Part shown: positions 29,632 to 43,750 of the stretch, piece after piece
How positions within the stretch are numbered: the stretch's first letter is position 1
Layout: the number at the start of each line of letters is the position of its first letter
DNA from: an uncultured Alphaproteobacteria bacterium
GTDB taxonomy: Bacteria > Pseudomonadota > Alphaproteobacteria > ATCC43930 > CGMCC-115725
Length of the DNA: 64,000 nt
Direction of reading: 5' to 3'
Assembly: GCA_963738185.1 (NCBI GenBank)
Contig: CAVTVA010000003.1
Coordinates: 128,076-192,075 of the forward strand
Program-made: the position numbers and the translations under genes
The notes under the pieces: generated by a model
The model's input: only the letters and a program-made list of their open reading frames with translations
What the model was told of the DNA's origin: nothing
Databases searched by the model: none

Positions 29632-29663
29632 CTTTTTCGCCCACACCCTTTTTCGCCCACACC
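29632..29663. repeat. 16-bp tandem repeat x2 (ctttttcgcccacacc)
   Basis: Read directly. Adjacent to a REP-like cgtcattcccgcaaaggcggaaa segment. Confidence 0.75.
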
Positions 29664-29785
29664 GGCGAAGGCCGGTGCCTATGGTTGTACAGCTCTCCGC
29701 CCGAGCCGGCGGCTGGCATCGGCCATGATCCGAAAATCATCTAGAATTCCGCCGGCGCGATTTTTCGATTCTGCAGGCGCAGCGC

Positions 29786-30070
29786 TCAAAATCGGAGGCT
29801 CGGGTAGAGGTCCAGCCATTGCGGGTTGTCGCGTTCGAGCAGATTGATTTTCCAGTCGCGTCTCCATTCCTTAAGCTGCTTTTCGCGGCGAAGTGCTGCG
29901 GCCGCGCTCTCGTGAGCCTCAAACCAAACCAGCCGCTCGACTTGGTATCGTTTCGTGAAGCCGGGAACGAGTCCGTTCTTGTGTTCCCAAACGCGTCGCG
30001 CGAGTTCCGAAGTCGTGCCGATGTAAAGGGTTCCGTAGGGTTTGCTGGCGAGGAGATAAACGTAGAACAT
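29786..30070 (-). CDS. Small GIY-YIG nuclease-family protein (UPF0213/YhbQ-like)
   Basis: MFYVYLLASKPYGTLYIGTTSELARRVWEHKNG carries the GIY...YIG motifs. Followed by REKQLKEWRRDWKINLIE-type C-terminus. 94 aa, AT-richer than surroundings. Confidence 0.8.
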   Translation of the reverse strand: MFYVYLLASKPYGTLYIGTTSELARRVWEHKNGLVPGFTKRYQVERLVWFEAHESAAAALRREKQLKEWRRDWKINLLERDNPQWLDLYPSLRF

Positions 30071-30092
30071 CGTTTTTGGGGACAGGGATGGG

Positions 30093-30110
30093 TCCCGACC
30101 TTCGTCGGGA
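30093..30110. repeat. REP hairpin tcccgaccttcgtcggga
   Basis: Perfect 7-bp arms between the GIY-YIG gene and the 162-aa ORF. Confidence 0.6.
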
Positions 30111-30158
30111 TGGTGCTATTGGTAAATGGCTAGGCGGAACCGGCTAACTTTGCCCTGG

Positions 30159-30647
30159 CTAAGTCTCTGCGTCTGCGCTCGCCCACGCAAAGACCTTGTC
30201 CTGCTGTTCACGCAAAAAGGCTTCCTCGTCGGTAATCACGTAGCCGAGCAGGCGAGCGGCGCCGATGAAGCCCTTCAGCGTCTCCGGTTCCATCCTGCAG
30301 GATCCAACATTCGACTTGTTTACCACGATCGCGCTCAGCATCGGCCAGTTATTCAGATGGGCAAATTCGACAAGGTCCCACAGGTGACCGCCGATCGCGT
30401 AATGAGCCTTGCCCCAGTCTGCACCGCTCGCATCTGCCAGATCTTTGTAGCTCACGCAGTGCCCTTGCTTCGCCGCCGCCTTAATGATGCGGAAGGATTT
30501 ATCGAAGTCTAAGCCGTTAGCCTTGCGTGCTTCCCGTTCGCATAAGGCTTCCTTGTAAATCGGCGCACTCCTCGCGTTCTGCCTTTGATGGTTTTCGATC
30601 AGGTTTTTAAGCTGTTCATCAGACAGCTTGGTAACGTCGATCGGCAT
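30159..30647 (-). CDS. Hypothetical protein (162 aa), possible winged-helix DNA-binding C-terminal half
   Basis: AT-richer ORF with coherent codon usage. The segment VSYKDLADASG...AIGGHLWDL...NWPMLSAIVVNKSNVG loosely recalls the MGMT/ATL DNA-binding domain layout (ISYxxLA...G...NP..IxxPCHRVV) but lacks the PCHR cysteine. Function is unknown. Confidence 0.55.
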   Translation of the reverse strand: MPIDVTKLSDEQLKNLIENHQRQNARSAPIYKEALCEREARKANGLDFDKSFRIIKAAAKQGHCVSYKDLADASGADWGKAHYAIGGHLWDLVEFAHLNNWPMLSAIVVNKSNVGSCRMEPETLKGFIGAARLLGYVITDEEAFLREQQDKVFAWASADAET

Positions 30648-30668
30648 CAGAGTACGCCTGTTGCGAAT

Positions 30669-31826
30669 TTAAACCGTCGCCTGAGTGCCTAAAATGATGG
30701 TCGCCTGCGACGACAGTACGCCGCCGTTGCCGTGGGCGAGTGCCACTTCGCAATTGGCGATCTGGCGGGCGCCGCATTCGCCGCGGAGCTGGCGGGTCGC
30801 CTCGATCAGGAGAAAGAGGCCGTACATGCCCGGATGGCAATAGGAGAGGCCGCCGCCATTGGTGTTGACCGGGAGCGCGCCGCCGGGGGCGATGCGGCCG
30901 CCTTCGACAAAGGCGCCACCCTCGCCCTTTTGGCAAAAGCCGAGGTCCTCGAGGAACAGGATCGGGTTGATCGTGAACGCGTCGTAGAGCTCGAGCACGT
31001 CGATGTCGGCGGGGCCGAGCTTGGCCATCTCGTAGGCCTGGCGGCCCGAGACGAGCGCGCCGGTCACCGCCAGGTCGGGCATGCTCGAAATGTTGGCGTG
31101 GGTGATCGCCTGGCCGCAGCCCATCACATAGGCCGGCGGCTTTTTGAGCGAGCGGGCGCGCTCGGCGGTGGTCATGACGACCGCACCGCCGCCATCGGTC
31201 ACAAGGCAGATGTCGCGCACCGTGAACGGGTAGCTGATCATCCGCGCCGCCAACACTTCGGCGATCGTCAGCGGCTTCTTCTCCCAGGCGACCGGGTTCA
31301 TCAATGCCCATTGCCGCGCCGCCACCGCGACCGCGGCCAATTGCTCGCGGGTCGTGCCGTATTGGTGCATATGGCGCGAGGCGGCGAGGGCATAGGCGGT
31401 CGCCGGCAAGAAGGGGCGGAACGGCGTTTCGTAGGGGTTGTACTCGCGCACCGAAGCATGGCGGCGGCCGATCGTGCGCTGGGTGGAGCCATAGGCGATG
31501 ACCGCGACGTTGCACAGGCCGAGCTGCAAGGCCATCTGCGCGTGCGCCACATGAAACATGAACGAGGACCCGCCGAGGATCGTCGTGTCGATAAAAGCCG
31601 GCGAGATGCCGAGATATTCGGCGAGGTTGAGGCCCGAGGTGCGGCTTTGCGCGGTGGCGCAGATCAGCCCGTCGATGTCGTTGAGGGCGAGCCCGCAATC
31701 GGCGAGCGCGCGGTGGGTGCCCTGCGCCATCAGGTCGATCGGGCTCGTCTCGGCGGCGACGGCGCCCAGATCGCTTTCGGCGACGCCGACGATCGCCGCC
31801 GAGCCACGCTGCAGCCCGCCCATCAT
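30669..31826 (-). CDS. Thiolase-like protein (SCP-x / lipid-transfer-type thiolase)
   Basis: AAIVGVAESDLG..., ILGGSSFMFHVAHAQMALQLGLCNVAVIAYG, C-terminal NTNGGGLSYCHPGMYGLF...ALAHGNGGVLS. GGAGGG RBS. The ATGA overlaps the upstream DUF35 gene. Confidence 0.85.
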   Translation of the reverse strand: MMGGLQRGSAAIVGVAESDLGAVAAETSPIDLMAQGTHRALADCGLALNDIDGLICATAQSRTSGLNLAEYLGISPAFIDTTILGGSSFMFHVAHAQMALQLGLCNVAVIAYGSTQRTIGRRHASVREYNPYETPFRPFLPATAYALAASRHMHQYGTTREQLAAVAVAARQWALMNPVAWEKKPLTIAEVLAARMISYPFTVRDICLVTDGGGAVVMTTAERARSLKKPPAYVMGCGQAITHANISSMPDLAVTGALVSGRQAYEMAKLGPADIDVLELYDAFTINPILFLEDLGFCQKGEGGAFVEGGRIAPGGALPVNTNGGGLSYCHPGMYGLFLLIEATRQLRGECGARQIANCEVALAHGNGGVLSSQATIILGTQATV

Positions 31827-32224
31827 CCGCCCTCCGCTAACGGGGTAAAAACCGGATAGGCCGGCTCATCGCCCGAAGATTTATCACCCGCAGGCCGGTG
31901 CACGCGGAATTTGACCCGCATGCCGATCCGCACATCCTCGGGCGCGACATCCTCGACCCGGCTCATCAGCCGGAAGCCCTCATCGAGGTCGATCAGCGCG
32001 ACGTTGTAAGGGGCACCGTCACGCGGATGGGTCACGGTTGTCGCATAGACCGTGCCAAGCCCGGCGCTGACCCGCCATTCGAGCCGGTCGCTGCCGGTGA
32101 ACGGGCAGACCACACGCGGGTAGAATACCGCGCGACTCGCCTGCGGGCTCCACTGGTAGGCGAGCTCGCCCTTGTCGAGATGTTCCTGATAGACCGCCAG
32201 CGGCGATTGCGAGATCCGCTCCAT
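31823..32224 (-). CDS. DUF35 OB-fold/zinc-ribbon acyl-CoA-associated protein (thiolase partner)
   Basis: 133 aa. GELAYQWSPQASRAVFYPRVVCPFTGSDRLEWRVSAGLGTVYATTV...NVALIDLDEGFRLMSRV. Stop overlaps the thiolase start (ATGA), the typical DUF35-thiolase arrangement. Confidence 0.75.
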   Translation of the reverse strand: MERISQSPLAVYQEHLDKGELAYQWSPQASRAVFYPRVVCPFTGSDRLEWRVSAGLGTVYATTVTHPRDGAPYNVALIDLDEGFRLMSRVEDVAPEDVRIGMRVKFRVHRPAGDKSSGDEPAYPVFTPLAEGG

Positions 32225-32363
32225 GCTTCCCCCCTTAGCCCGGCGGCGGCGATTGTGTCCGCTCGCAAGCGCCGCGGCAACCCAGTGGTCCGATCGAAAC
32301 GCTTGGTGACCAAGCGTTTGGTGAATCGGCCCACCAGACCACCAGGCGAAGAAGAGGCGCCGA

Positions 32364-32627
32364 TCAGGTCAGCGAGATCAAGGTTCCGATCAGATCGGCC
32401 GGCCACACCAGGCTGACCGGCGCGCTGACCAGCGCGTGGCCAAAAGAGGGGTCGCCTTCGGCGAAGTTAAACGCCAAGTGATGGCTGAAATGCGCCAGCA
32501 CACCGGCGAAGTAGAGCCCGGCCGCCAATTTCACGAAAAGACGAGTTTGTCGCGGCTGCTTGGCGGTGGTCGCTGCAAACGAAAACACCCGCCGTCCGTA
32601 CTTTGGCAGTCCCGGTGGCCCGATCAT
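32364..32627 (-). CDS. Possible small membrane protein (87 aa)
   Basis: Only the C-terminal part of ORF 32364..32897, from MIGPPGLPKYG..., looks coding. It has the hydrophobic stretch LFVKLAAGLYFAGVLAHF. No recognisable family. Confidence 0.35.
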   Translation of the reverse strand: MIGPPGLPKYGRRVFSFAATTAKQPRQTRLFVKLAAGLYFAGVLAHFSHHLAFNFAEGDPSFGHALVSAPVSLVWPADLIGTLISLT

Positions 32628-32811
32628 TATCTCACCTGAGCATCTATCATGTTGCGCACAAAGGCAGAGTGAATGGGCCGCACCCTCGCCACAGATCAGC
32701 AAAGGCTTCCGCCGAGCCGAATGCGGGCAAGGGATAATACTCGGCCCAGCTGTCGCCGTCACTAGTCTCTGTCCAGAGTTGGGCGCGGCCGCTCCGATGG
32801 CGGTGCGCCGA

Positions 32812-33657
32812 TCACGGCCGCCCCCCCGCCAGCCCCGAGGCGGCGGCGAGGGTATAGAGCCCGGCCGCGGCGAGCACACCAATGGCGAGCGCGGCAAAGG
32901 CCTCGGCGCCGAGACGATCGCCGAGCGGCCGGCCGATCAGCCCGCCCAGCACCGCGAACGGGATCAGGATGCCGGCGGCGAGCCAGGTCTGCGCCGGGAC
33001 GCCGATGGTCGCGACATTGGCGGCGAGCGTCGCGGCGTAGACCAACGCAAAAAACGCGAGCAGGGTCGCGCGCACGGTGCGCGGGGGCGCCTCGGCGAGC
33101 AGCAGATAGATCACCACCGGCGGCCCGGAGATGCCGGCAAGCGCGGTGGCCACGCCCGACACCGTGCCCACGGCGAAATCGCGGCCCCGGCTCATCGCCA
33201 CCAGCGCCCGCCCGCCGCCGCGCCGGCGGCGCCGCAAGGCCGCGAACACCACAGCAAAGACCAGGATTGCCGCGCCGACCGTCAGCCGCACGACCCGCGG
33301 GTCGGCATAGCGAAACGCAGCGAGGCCGATCGGCAGCCCGGCAAGGCTGCCCAGCGCCAGCCGCACAAACAGCCGGGGTGCGATCGCCTCCCACAGCCCC
33401 CGCAATACGGCAGCGCACAGGACGGTGGAGAGAATGACGACCAGCTGAACCGCGCGCTGCGGCTCGACCACGATCAGAAACAGCGGCGCGGCCACGACCG
33501 CAAAGCCAAAGCCGCCGGCCGCCTGCAGCAACGCCGCGGCAAACGTCGCCGCCGCCAGCCCCGCCCAATCCAGCAAGGTCACGCGGCTGATCCGCGATGA
33601 TCGCCAACACCCGTTGCAGCCCGCCACGCGGTCGCGCGTGGGCTCTGCCAGGACCAT
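32812..33657 (-). CDS. TauE/SafE (DUF81) family anion-exporter membrane protein
   Basis: Polytopic hydrophobic protein with the two-repeat DUF81 look (GGFGFAVVAAPLFLIV..., GISGPPVVIYLLL...). Start is uncertain: ATG 33657 or GTG 33582. Confidence 0.7.
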   Translation of the reverse strand: MVLAEPTRDRVAGCNGCWRSSRISRVTLLDWAGLAAATFAAALLQAAGGFGFAVVAAPLFLIVVEPQRAVQLVVILSTVLCAAVLRGLWEAIAPRLFVRLALGSLAGLPIGLAAFRYADPRVVRLTVGAAILVFAVVFAALRRRRRGGGRALVAMSRGRDFAVGTVSGVATALAGISGPPVVIYLLLAEAPPRTVRATLLAFFALVYAATLAANVATIGVPAQTWLAAGILIPFAVLGGLIGRPLGDRLGAEAFAALAIGVLAAAGLYTLAAASGLAGGRP

Positions 33658-34032
33658 CGGATCACCCGCAGCCGCATTCTCGCAAACTACAGCGCCTGGC
33701 GATCATATTGAACCATGCTGACGCAAAAGCGGGCATCCAAAGGCGAGCGACTGCACCGCCGTTCCCTGGTGCCGAGCCCGGCTTAAGCCACTGAGAGCGT
33801 TTGTGCCGGTTCGAAGAGGACCCGAGGCAGCAGCGTCGTTCGGTGGATCCGAAATCCCCTCGAATGAGCGTCGGAAAATTTGACAGTCGCGTTGCCTTAG
33901 CGAGGAACGCGGGTCAAGAGGCGACCGTGCGCTTGCCCGAGTTCCCCCTTTCGTTCGTCATGTCGGCTTGCTGGCCAGGGTTCGTAGCTGACGAAAAGCG
34001 TAAAGCAATCCGACACCGCTCCGAGGATCGCG

Positions 34033-34067
34033 GACAAAGAAAGGGGCGGCAGCGAAGCCGCCGCCCC
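34033..34067 (-). terminator. Rho-independent terminator after the PEP-CTERM gene
   Basis: Minus strand has GGGGCGGC (34060-34067) and GCCGCCCC (34043-34050), an 8-bp GC stem, followed by TTTCTTTGTC. It lies about 27 nt after the stop at 34094. Confidence 0.65.
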
Positions 34068-34093
34068 GGAAAAGGTCGCGCCCGGATCGGAAA

Positions 34094-34882
34094 TCAGACC
34101 CTGGCGGTCGGACCGCGACGGCGCCGGCGCGCCAAGCCGAGACCGGCCAGCGCGGTTCCGAGCAATGCCAAGCTGGCGGGCTCGGGCACCTGCGACACTG
34201 CGGTCAGCAACACGTTGCCCGTGCCGCCGCTTTGCACTCCGACGACGAGCGCCGAGAAGCCGGTGATCGAGCATGTGTCTGCGACGGGTCCGGCGGTGCA
34301 GCTACCACCGACGCCGCTGCTGAACAGGGTGAGACTAGAGATCGACGAGCCGGTGTAGAACTTGAAATTCTCACCGGTTTGCACCGAGCCGATGATCGCG
34401 TCGTTGATCACCTTGTTGCTCACGACCGCGACGGAGGCGGTTCCGGCGATTTCGCAATTGGTTGCGACCGAGGTGTCGGTGCAGGCTGACGGCGGGCCGG
34501 CAGCGTTCTCACCGAGGCCGCTCTCTCCCAAAGAGTTGAACGGCGGCCCGAGCGGGCTCCCGGTCAAAGGTTTCAGCGTCAGTGCCGTGGGCGAGGCAAA
34601 GGCATTGCTGAACCCGGTTGCTGTGAAGGTGCTGCCGTTGGCCGTGAAGGTTTGCGAGTTTGCACAAACGAGGCCTTCGTCGCTGCCGCTGTGAGTGCAT
34701 CCGCCAGGGGTCGGCACCAAGGCGCCGAAATCGATTTCGGCGGCCTTCGGCGAGCCCGCCGCGACCACGAGCGCAATCGCAGCTAAGACCGTCGCCGGCG
34801 CCAACCCACGCAGAAATCGCGTCCTATTTTTTGATCTTCTCGTCAGCGGCTGACGGCGACCGCCAGGCAAGTTCCGTACCAT
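34094..34882 (-). CDS. PEP-CTERM-anchored secreted protein
   Basis: Start ATG 34882 (GGAGGA RBS 6 nt upstream). Signal/TM LAPATVLAAIALVVAAGSPKAAE. Ser/Thr/Gly-rich mature region. Canonical C-terminal VPEPASLALLGTALAGLGLARRRRR. Confidence 0.8.
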   Translation of the reverse strand: MVRNLPGGRRQPLTRRSKNRTRFLRGLAPATVLAAIALVVAAGSPKAAEIDFGALVPTPGGCTHSGSDEGLVCANSQTFTANGSTFTATGFSNAFASPTALTLKPLTGSPLGPPFNSLGESGLGENAAGPPSACTDTSVATNCEIAGTASVAVVSNKVINDAIIGSVQTGENFKFYTGSSISSLTLFSSGVGGSCTAGPVADTCSITGFSALVVGVQSGGTGNVLLTAVSQVPEPASLALLGTALAGLGLARRRRRGPTARV

Positions 34883-34941
34883 CGTTGATCCTCCAGAACG
34901 TTGTGCCGAAGGCTGCTTTGCGCAGCTCTGCGCGTTACGGG

Positions 34942-34956
34942 GCAAGGATCGTGCCA
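34942..34956 (-). promoter_or_regulatory. Sigma-54 (-24/-12) promoter TGGCAC-N5-TTGC
   Basis: Minus strand reads TGGCACGATCCTTGC, an exact match to the TGGCAC-N5-TTGC core. It lies about 60 nt upstream of ATG 34882, which is compatible with a ~48-nt leader. Confidence 0.7.
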
Positions 34957-35259
34957 GCCTTCCCAGTGGTCTCTAATTAAACGATTTTGATGATTAACGC
35001 GACGCCGATACAGCAATCGGTGTAAGGAAATCCGACGCTCTCAGGGAAAAATTGCGGTTCATCGCCGGACAGCCGGACGATTTGAAATACTTGCGCGACG
35101 AGGTTAAGGATTACAATTCCGCAGTAATACCGCGCAGGTTTGAACTAGATTTCTAAAGGGATTTCTGTAACGTTCCTCACTCTTTGTAGGCTCCGGAGCT
35201 CGACGAAGTGTAAAATAATCCGACAGGCCCAAAATGATCGGGTCGCCCTGCGCTCCGGC

Positions 35260-36906
35260 TCAAACATTGACCGGCGCCGGCGCCGGGCGGCCGCGGATCA
35301 GGTCGGCCGCCTTTTCGGCGATCATGAGCACCACCGCGTTGATGTTGCCGCCGACCAGGTCCGGCATCACCGAGGCGTCGACCACCCGCAGCCGATCGAC
35401 GCCAAACACCCTGAGCTCGGGATCGACCACCGCCAACGGCTCGCCCTCGCGGCCCATCCGGCAAGTGCCGAGCGGATGGTGCACCGTGATTGCGCTCGCC
35501 CGGATGTGCGCGTCGATCTCGGCGTCGGACCGGCATTGCGCCCCCGGCGCGATCTCCGCTGCGGCGAACGGCGCCAACGGCGCGGTCTCGCCGATCTCGC
35601 GGACCATGCGCAGCCCGGCGCGCAGGGTCGCCCAATCCTCTTCGGCGGCGAGAAAATTCTGCCGGATGCGGACCGGGACGTCAGGGTCGGCCGAGGCCAG
35701 CTCGACCCGGCCGCGGCTGCGCGGGCGCAGCAGCACCGCCCGGCAGGCAAAGCTGTCGGCATAAGCCGGCGCGAAGGGCGGGAAATAGGGCGAGGCGGCC
35801 ATCGGCGCGGCATTGAACAGCAACTGAATATCGGGCAGCCCCGCCTCGGATCCGCTCTTCAGACCGGATTTCAGAAACGCCATCAGACCGCCCGGCAGGT
35901 CGCTGGCGATCCCCCGGCCGCGGAAATAGGTGTTGGCCAATTCCCGCGCGATCCGGTCGGCGCGCATCTTGGCGTGTAGCGGCCCCGGCTCCTTGCGGGC
36001 ATAGGCGACCCCGGCCGACACGTGGTCCTGCAAATTCTGCCCGACGCCGGGGAGCCCCACCTGGACCACGATCCGGTGCGCGCGCAGCGCCGCCGGGTCG
36101 CCGATCCCCGACAGCATCAATAGCTGCGGCGAGTTGATCACGCCGCCGCACAAGATCACCTCGCGCTCGGCGCCGGCGATCCGCAATTCGCCGCCCTGGC
36201 GATACTCGACGCCGACAGCGCGGCTGCCATCGAACCGGATGCGCGACGCCAGCGCCCCGACCGCAATTTCGAGATTGGCCCGCGCCAGCGCCGGGCGCAG
36301 ATAGGCGACCGCGGCGCTGCACCGCCTGCCGTCGCGGATGGTCATCTGCGAGCGCCCGAAACCTTCCTGCTGCGCCCCGTTGTAATCCTCGGTCAGCCGA
36401 TGCCCGGCCGCAGCACCCGCGGCCAGATAGGCATCGACCAGCGGATCGGCATAGCGCGAGCGCCGCACCGAGAGCGGCCCGTCGCCGCCGCGATAGGGGC
36501 CGGGGCCATCCTCCCAGCTTTCCTGCCGGCGGAAATAGGGCAGCACATGGGCGTAGGACCAGGCGTCGAGCCCGGCCGCCGCCCAGCGCTGATAGTCGCC
36601 GCGATGGCCGCGCACATAGACCATGGCGTTGATCGAGGACGAGCCGCCGACCACCTTGCCGCGGGCGCATTCGACGCGGCGCCCGCCCATCGTCGCCTCG
36701 GGCTCGGCGAAATACCCCCAGTCGTGCGCCCGGCGCTGCAGCATCCGGCCCCAGCCGAGCGGGATGTGGATCAACGGGTCTCGGTCCCAGCCGCCGGCCT
36801 CGAGCAGCAGCACGCGCGCGCCCCGGTCCTCGCTGAGCCGGCCCGCCAATGCGCAGCCGGCCGATCCGGCGCCGACAATCACGTAATCATATGACCCGCC
36901 GGCCAT
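35260..36906 (-). CDS. GMC-family FAD oxidoreductase (choline dehydrogenase-like)
   Basis: [69 protein letters not shown]. Start is ATG 36906 or 36918. The rest of ORF 35260..37116 upstream is rejected. Confidence 0.9.
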   Translation of the reverse strand: MAGGSYDYVIVGAGSAGCALAGRLSEDRGARVLLLEAGGWDRDPLIHIPLGWGRMLQRRAHDWGYFAEPEATMGGRRVECARGKVVGGSSSINAMVYVRGHRGDYQRWAAAGLDAWSYAHVLPYFRRQESWEDGPGPYRGGDGPLSVRRSRYADPLVDAYLAAGAAAGHRLTEDYNGAQQEGFGRSQMTIRDGRRCSAAVAYLRPALARANLEIAVGALASRIRFDGSRAVGVEYRQGGELRIAGAEREVILCGGVINSPQLLMLSGIGDPAALRAHRIVVQVGLPGVGQNLQDHVSAGVAYARKEPGPLHAKMRADRIARELANTYFRGRGIASDLPGGLMAFLKSGLKSGSEAGLPDIQLLFNAAPMAASPYFPPFAPAYADSFACRAVLLRPRSRGRVELASADPDVPVRIRQNFLAAEEDWATLRAGLRMVREIGETAPLAPFAAAEIAPGAQCRSDAEIDAHIRASAITVHHPLGTCRMGREGEPLAVVDPELRVFGVDRLRVVDASVMPDLVGGNINAVVLMIAEKAADLIRGRPAPAPVNV

Positions 36907-37091
36907 GCATACACCCATGCTCTGGGACAAACGATTGATAGCGCGGAAACTATTGCCCAGCGAATAGCGTTCTGTGAAGTTGCGGCCCACCAATCGCCAA
37001 AGCTGGCGCAAGCCGCGCGAGGCGGCTGCGCCGGGTCGCCGTCCGGTGGCCCGCTTCGCTGGATGGCCCACTGCATTCGAGACGAGGTGCG

Positions 37092-41080
<3,989 letters not shown>

Positions 41081-41084
<4 letters not shown>

Positions 41085-41518
41085 GCCCCGCTCAACGGCA
41101 GCCGGCGCGTTCTCCTGCCTGTTGCTCCGACGGGTCGCGGCCCGCGCTCGGCGAGTGCTGCCGAGAGCGCGGCGATGTCGGCGCCGGCGGCGGTCTGTGC
41201 CGCGCTCTCGACCGCGCGGTAATGCTGGACTACGGCACGGCCGAACTCGGTCAGAGAGGCGCCGCCGCCATGTGGGCCGCCGGCCTGCGAGGCAACCACC
41301 GGCTGGCGGAAGCAGCGGTTGACGCTGTCGACCAGGAGCCAGGCGCGGCGATAGGACATCCCCATCTGGCGTCCGGCGGCGGCGATCGAGCCTTGGCTGT
41401 CGATCAGCTCCAACAGCTTGATCTTGCCCGGGCCTAGGGCGTGGCCTTGGTCAAAGTCGATGCGCAAGGTCAGCCGCGGCACCGGATCGCTCCGCGGCCT
41501 GCCCGGCAATGGCCCCAC
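41081..41518 (-). CDS. ModE N-terminal-domain-like winged-helix transcriptional regulator (no TOBE domains)
   Basis: LGPGKIKLLELIDSQGSIAAAGRQMGMSYRRAWLLVDSVNRCFRQPVV...GGPHGGGASLTEFG. Stop overlaps the kinase stop by 4 nt (convergent). Confidence 0.75.
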
Positions 41519-41625
41519 GAGCCGACCGTCGCCGACGTCCCCGCTACCCTGCCGACGTGGTCTTGAAGCAAACCGTCTTGGCCTTCAACGACCCTTCCAA
41601 CTCGCCGCATGTCGGGGCCGACGCC

Positions 41626-43059
41626 TTAAAGCCCGGCCTGGGTCACGAACTTGGTGTTGAGGTAGGCCTCGATCGCCTCCGAGCCGCCTTCCGAGCCGTA
41701 GCCCGAATCCTTGACGCCGCCAAACGGCACCTCGGGCAGGGCCAGCCCGTGATGATTGATCGAGATCATCCCGGTCTCGACCGCCGCGGCCACCGCCTGC
41801 GCCGTCTTGGCCGAACGGGTATAGGCATAGGCGGCCAGCCCATAGGGCAATCGGTTCGCCTCGTGGACGACATCCTCGAAGCTCTGGAACGGAGCAATCA
41901 CCGCGACCGGGCCGAACGGCTCCTCATTCATAATCCGCGAGTCGATTGGCACATCGGTCAGCACCGTCGGCTCAAAGAAATTGCCTTTGTTGCCGATGCG
42001 GTTGCCGCCGGTCTTGAGGGTCGCGCCCTTCTGCACCGCGTCGCCGATAAAGGCTTCCATCGCGGCGATGCGGCGCGGGTTGGCCATCGGCCCCATCTGC
42101 GTGCCTTTGTCCATGCCGTCGCCGACCCGCGCGGCCCGAACCGCCTCGGTGAAAGCGCCGACGAACCGATCGTAGACGTTCTGCTGCACCAAGAGCCGGG
42201 TCGGCGACACGCAGACCTGGCCGGCATTGCGCAATTTGTTGGTCGAGAGCAGCTTTGAGGCGAGCTCGACATCGGCGTCGTCAAACACGATCGACGGCGC
42301 GTGGCCGCCCAGCTCCATCGTCATCCGCTTCATATGCGCGCCGGCGATCGCGGCCAGCTGCTTGCCGACCGCGGTCGAGCCGGTGAACGACACTTTGCGG
42401 ATGACCGGGTGCGGGATCAGGTATTCGGAAATCTCCGCCGGCACGCCGTAGACGAGGTTGACGACCCCGGCCGGGATCCCGGCATCGGCAAAGCAGCGGA
42501 TCAGCTCGGCCGGCGAGGCGGGGGTCTCCTCCGGCGCCTTGATGATGATCGAGCAGCCGGCCGCGAGCGCGCAGGACAATTTGCGCACGACCTGGTTGAT
42601 CGGGAAATTCCATGGCGTAAAGGCGGCGACCGGGCCGACCGGCTCCTTGACCACGAGCTGATAGACCCCTTCTGCCCGCGCCGGGATCACGCGCCCATAG
42701 GCGCGGCGCGCCTCCTCGGCGAACCAGTCGATCACGTCGGCGCCGGCCAGGGTCTCGCCCTTGGCCTCGGGCAGCGGCTTGCCTTGCTCGAGGGTCATCA
42801 GCGGGGCGATCGCGTCGGCCCGTTCGCGCAGCAGGGTCGCCGCCTTGCGCATCAGCTTGGAGCGCTCGAAGGCCGACACTTTGCGCCAGGCGCGGAAGCC
42901 CTTGTCGGCCGCTTCGAGGGCGCGGTCGAGATCGCTTTGCTCGGCATGGGCGACGGCGCCGACCGGCTCGCCGGTCGCCGGGTTGACCACCGGGATGGTG
43001 CGGCCGGCGGCGGCCTTGGTCCAATTGCCGTCGATAAACAGGGATACGTCGGAATACAT
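41626..43059 (-). CDS. NAD(P)-dependent aldehyde dehydrogenase (succinate-semialdehyde dehydrogenase-like)
   Basis: [48 protein letters not shown]. 477 aa. Confidence 0.9.
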   Translation of the reverse strand: MYSDVSLFIDGNWTKAAAGRTIPVVNPATGEPVGAVAHAEQSDLDRALEAADKGFRAWRKVSAFERSKLMRKAATLLRERADAIAPLMTLEQGKPLPEAKGETLAGADVIDWFAEEARRAYGRVIPARAEGVYQLVVKEPVGPVAAFTPWNFPINQVVRKLSCALAAGCSIIIKAPEETPASPAELIRCFADAGIPAGVVNLVYGVPAEISEYLIPHPVIRKVSFTGSTAVGKQLAAIAGAHMKRMTMELGGHAPSIVFDDADVELASKLLSTNKLRNAGQVCVSPTRLLVQQNVYDRFVGAFTEAVRAARVGDGMDKGTQMGPMANPRRIAAMEAFIGDAVQKGATLKTGGNRIGNKGNFFEPTVLTDVPIDSRIMNEEPFGPVAVIAPFQSFEDVVHEANRLPYGLAAYAYTRSAKTAQAVAAAVETGMISINHHGLALPEVPFGGVKDSGYGSEGGSEAIEAYLNTKFVTQAGL

Positions 43060-43330
43060 ATCAGTTTTCCTCCAGCGAGTTTCATCACGGGATGTAAGTC
43101 GTCGTGCGGGCTCGCAATATACGATTGGGTATAACGCGCCCCGATTCCAACGGGCGCGACCGAGTGGCGCGGCTCAGCGCCCGCCTACGGTTACCCGCGT
43201 CAGCTGCTTGCTGCGTGCTGTTGTCCGATTTTAGAGAGCCTGCTGTCGAGGCGGTCGACCCCTCATCGCCGCCAGCTTGGCGATCGGCAATGCGCTCGGG
43301 CGGCGAGCTGCCGCTGCGCAAGGTCAGCCG

Positions 43331-43609
43331 CTACAACTCGGTCGCGGTGGTCGGGTCGATCATGCGGCGGATTTCGGTGACCTTGTTGGCCGGAAAGCCG
43401 CTGCGCCGGGCATGCTCGTGGATCAGCGCCTCGTCCTGCGCGAGATAGACGCAAAATGTCTTGTCGCCGGCGACGTAGCTCTCGACCCATTGGATGTCGG
43501 GGCCGAGCTCCTTCAGGGTCGCGTTCGATTTCTGCGCCGCCTCGCGCAGCGCCTGCCGCTCGGCGCTGCCGATCGCCGGCAATTCGCGCTCGATGATGAA
43601 TTTGCGCAT
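43331..43609 (-). CDS. DUF4242-like small protein
   Basis: 92 aa. MRKFIIERELPAIG...LKELGPDIQWVESYVAGDKTFCVYLAQDEALIHEHARRSGFPANKVTEI matches my recollection of the DUF4242 pattern. Confidence 0.6.
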   Translation of the reverse strand: MRKFIIERELPAIGSAERQALREAAQKSNATLKELGPDIQWVESYVAGDKTFCVYLAQDEALIHEHARRSGFPANKVTEIRRMIDPTTATEL

Positions 43610-43750
43610 GGCTCTCGCTCCTCTGCCGGCATCATCGTGTCAGATCAAGCCGAACCGGTAAAGCGTGGCGGAGGCTCAACGGGCGCGGCTTGCCGGCCCT
43701 GGGCGATTTCGCGCAGCGCCGTTGGCAAGGTGAAGCCCACCTGCCATCGA

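Noticed and set aside
32628-32897. The N-terminal 90 codons of ORF 32364..32897.
   Set aside because: The translation is Pro/Arg/Gly-rich with no hydrophobic or motif content, and it overlaps the 3' end region of the TauE-like gene. Only the distal 87 codons are kept, at low confidence.
33660-34093. ORFs 33801..34358(+) and 33897..34274(-) in the AT-richer region downstream of the PEP-CTERM gene.
   Set aside because: They overlap the terminator and the PEP-CTERM coding sequence and have low-complexity translations with no RBS. The region is treated as non-coding.
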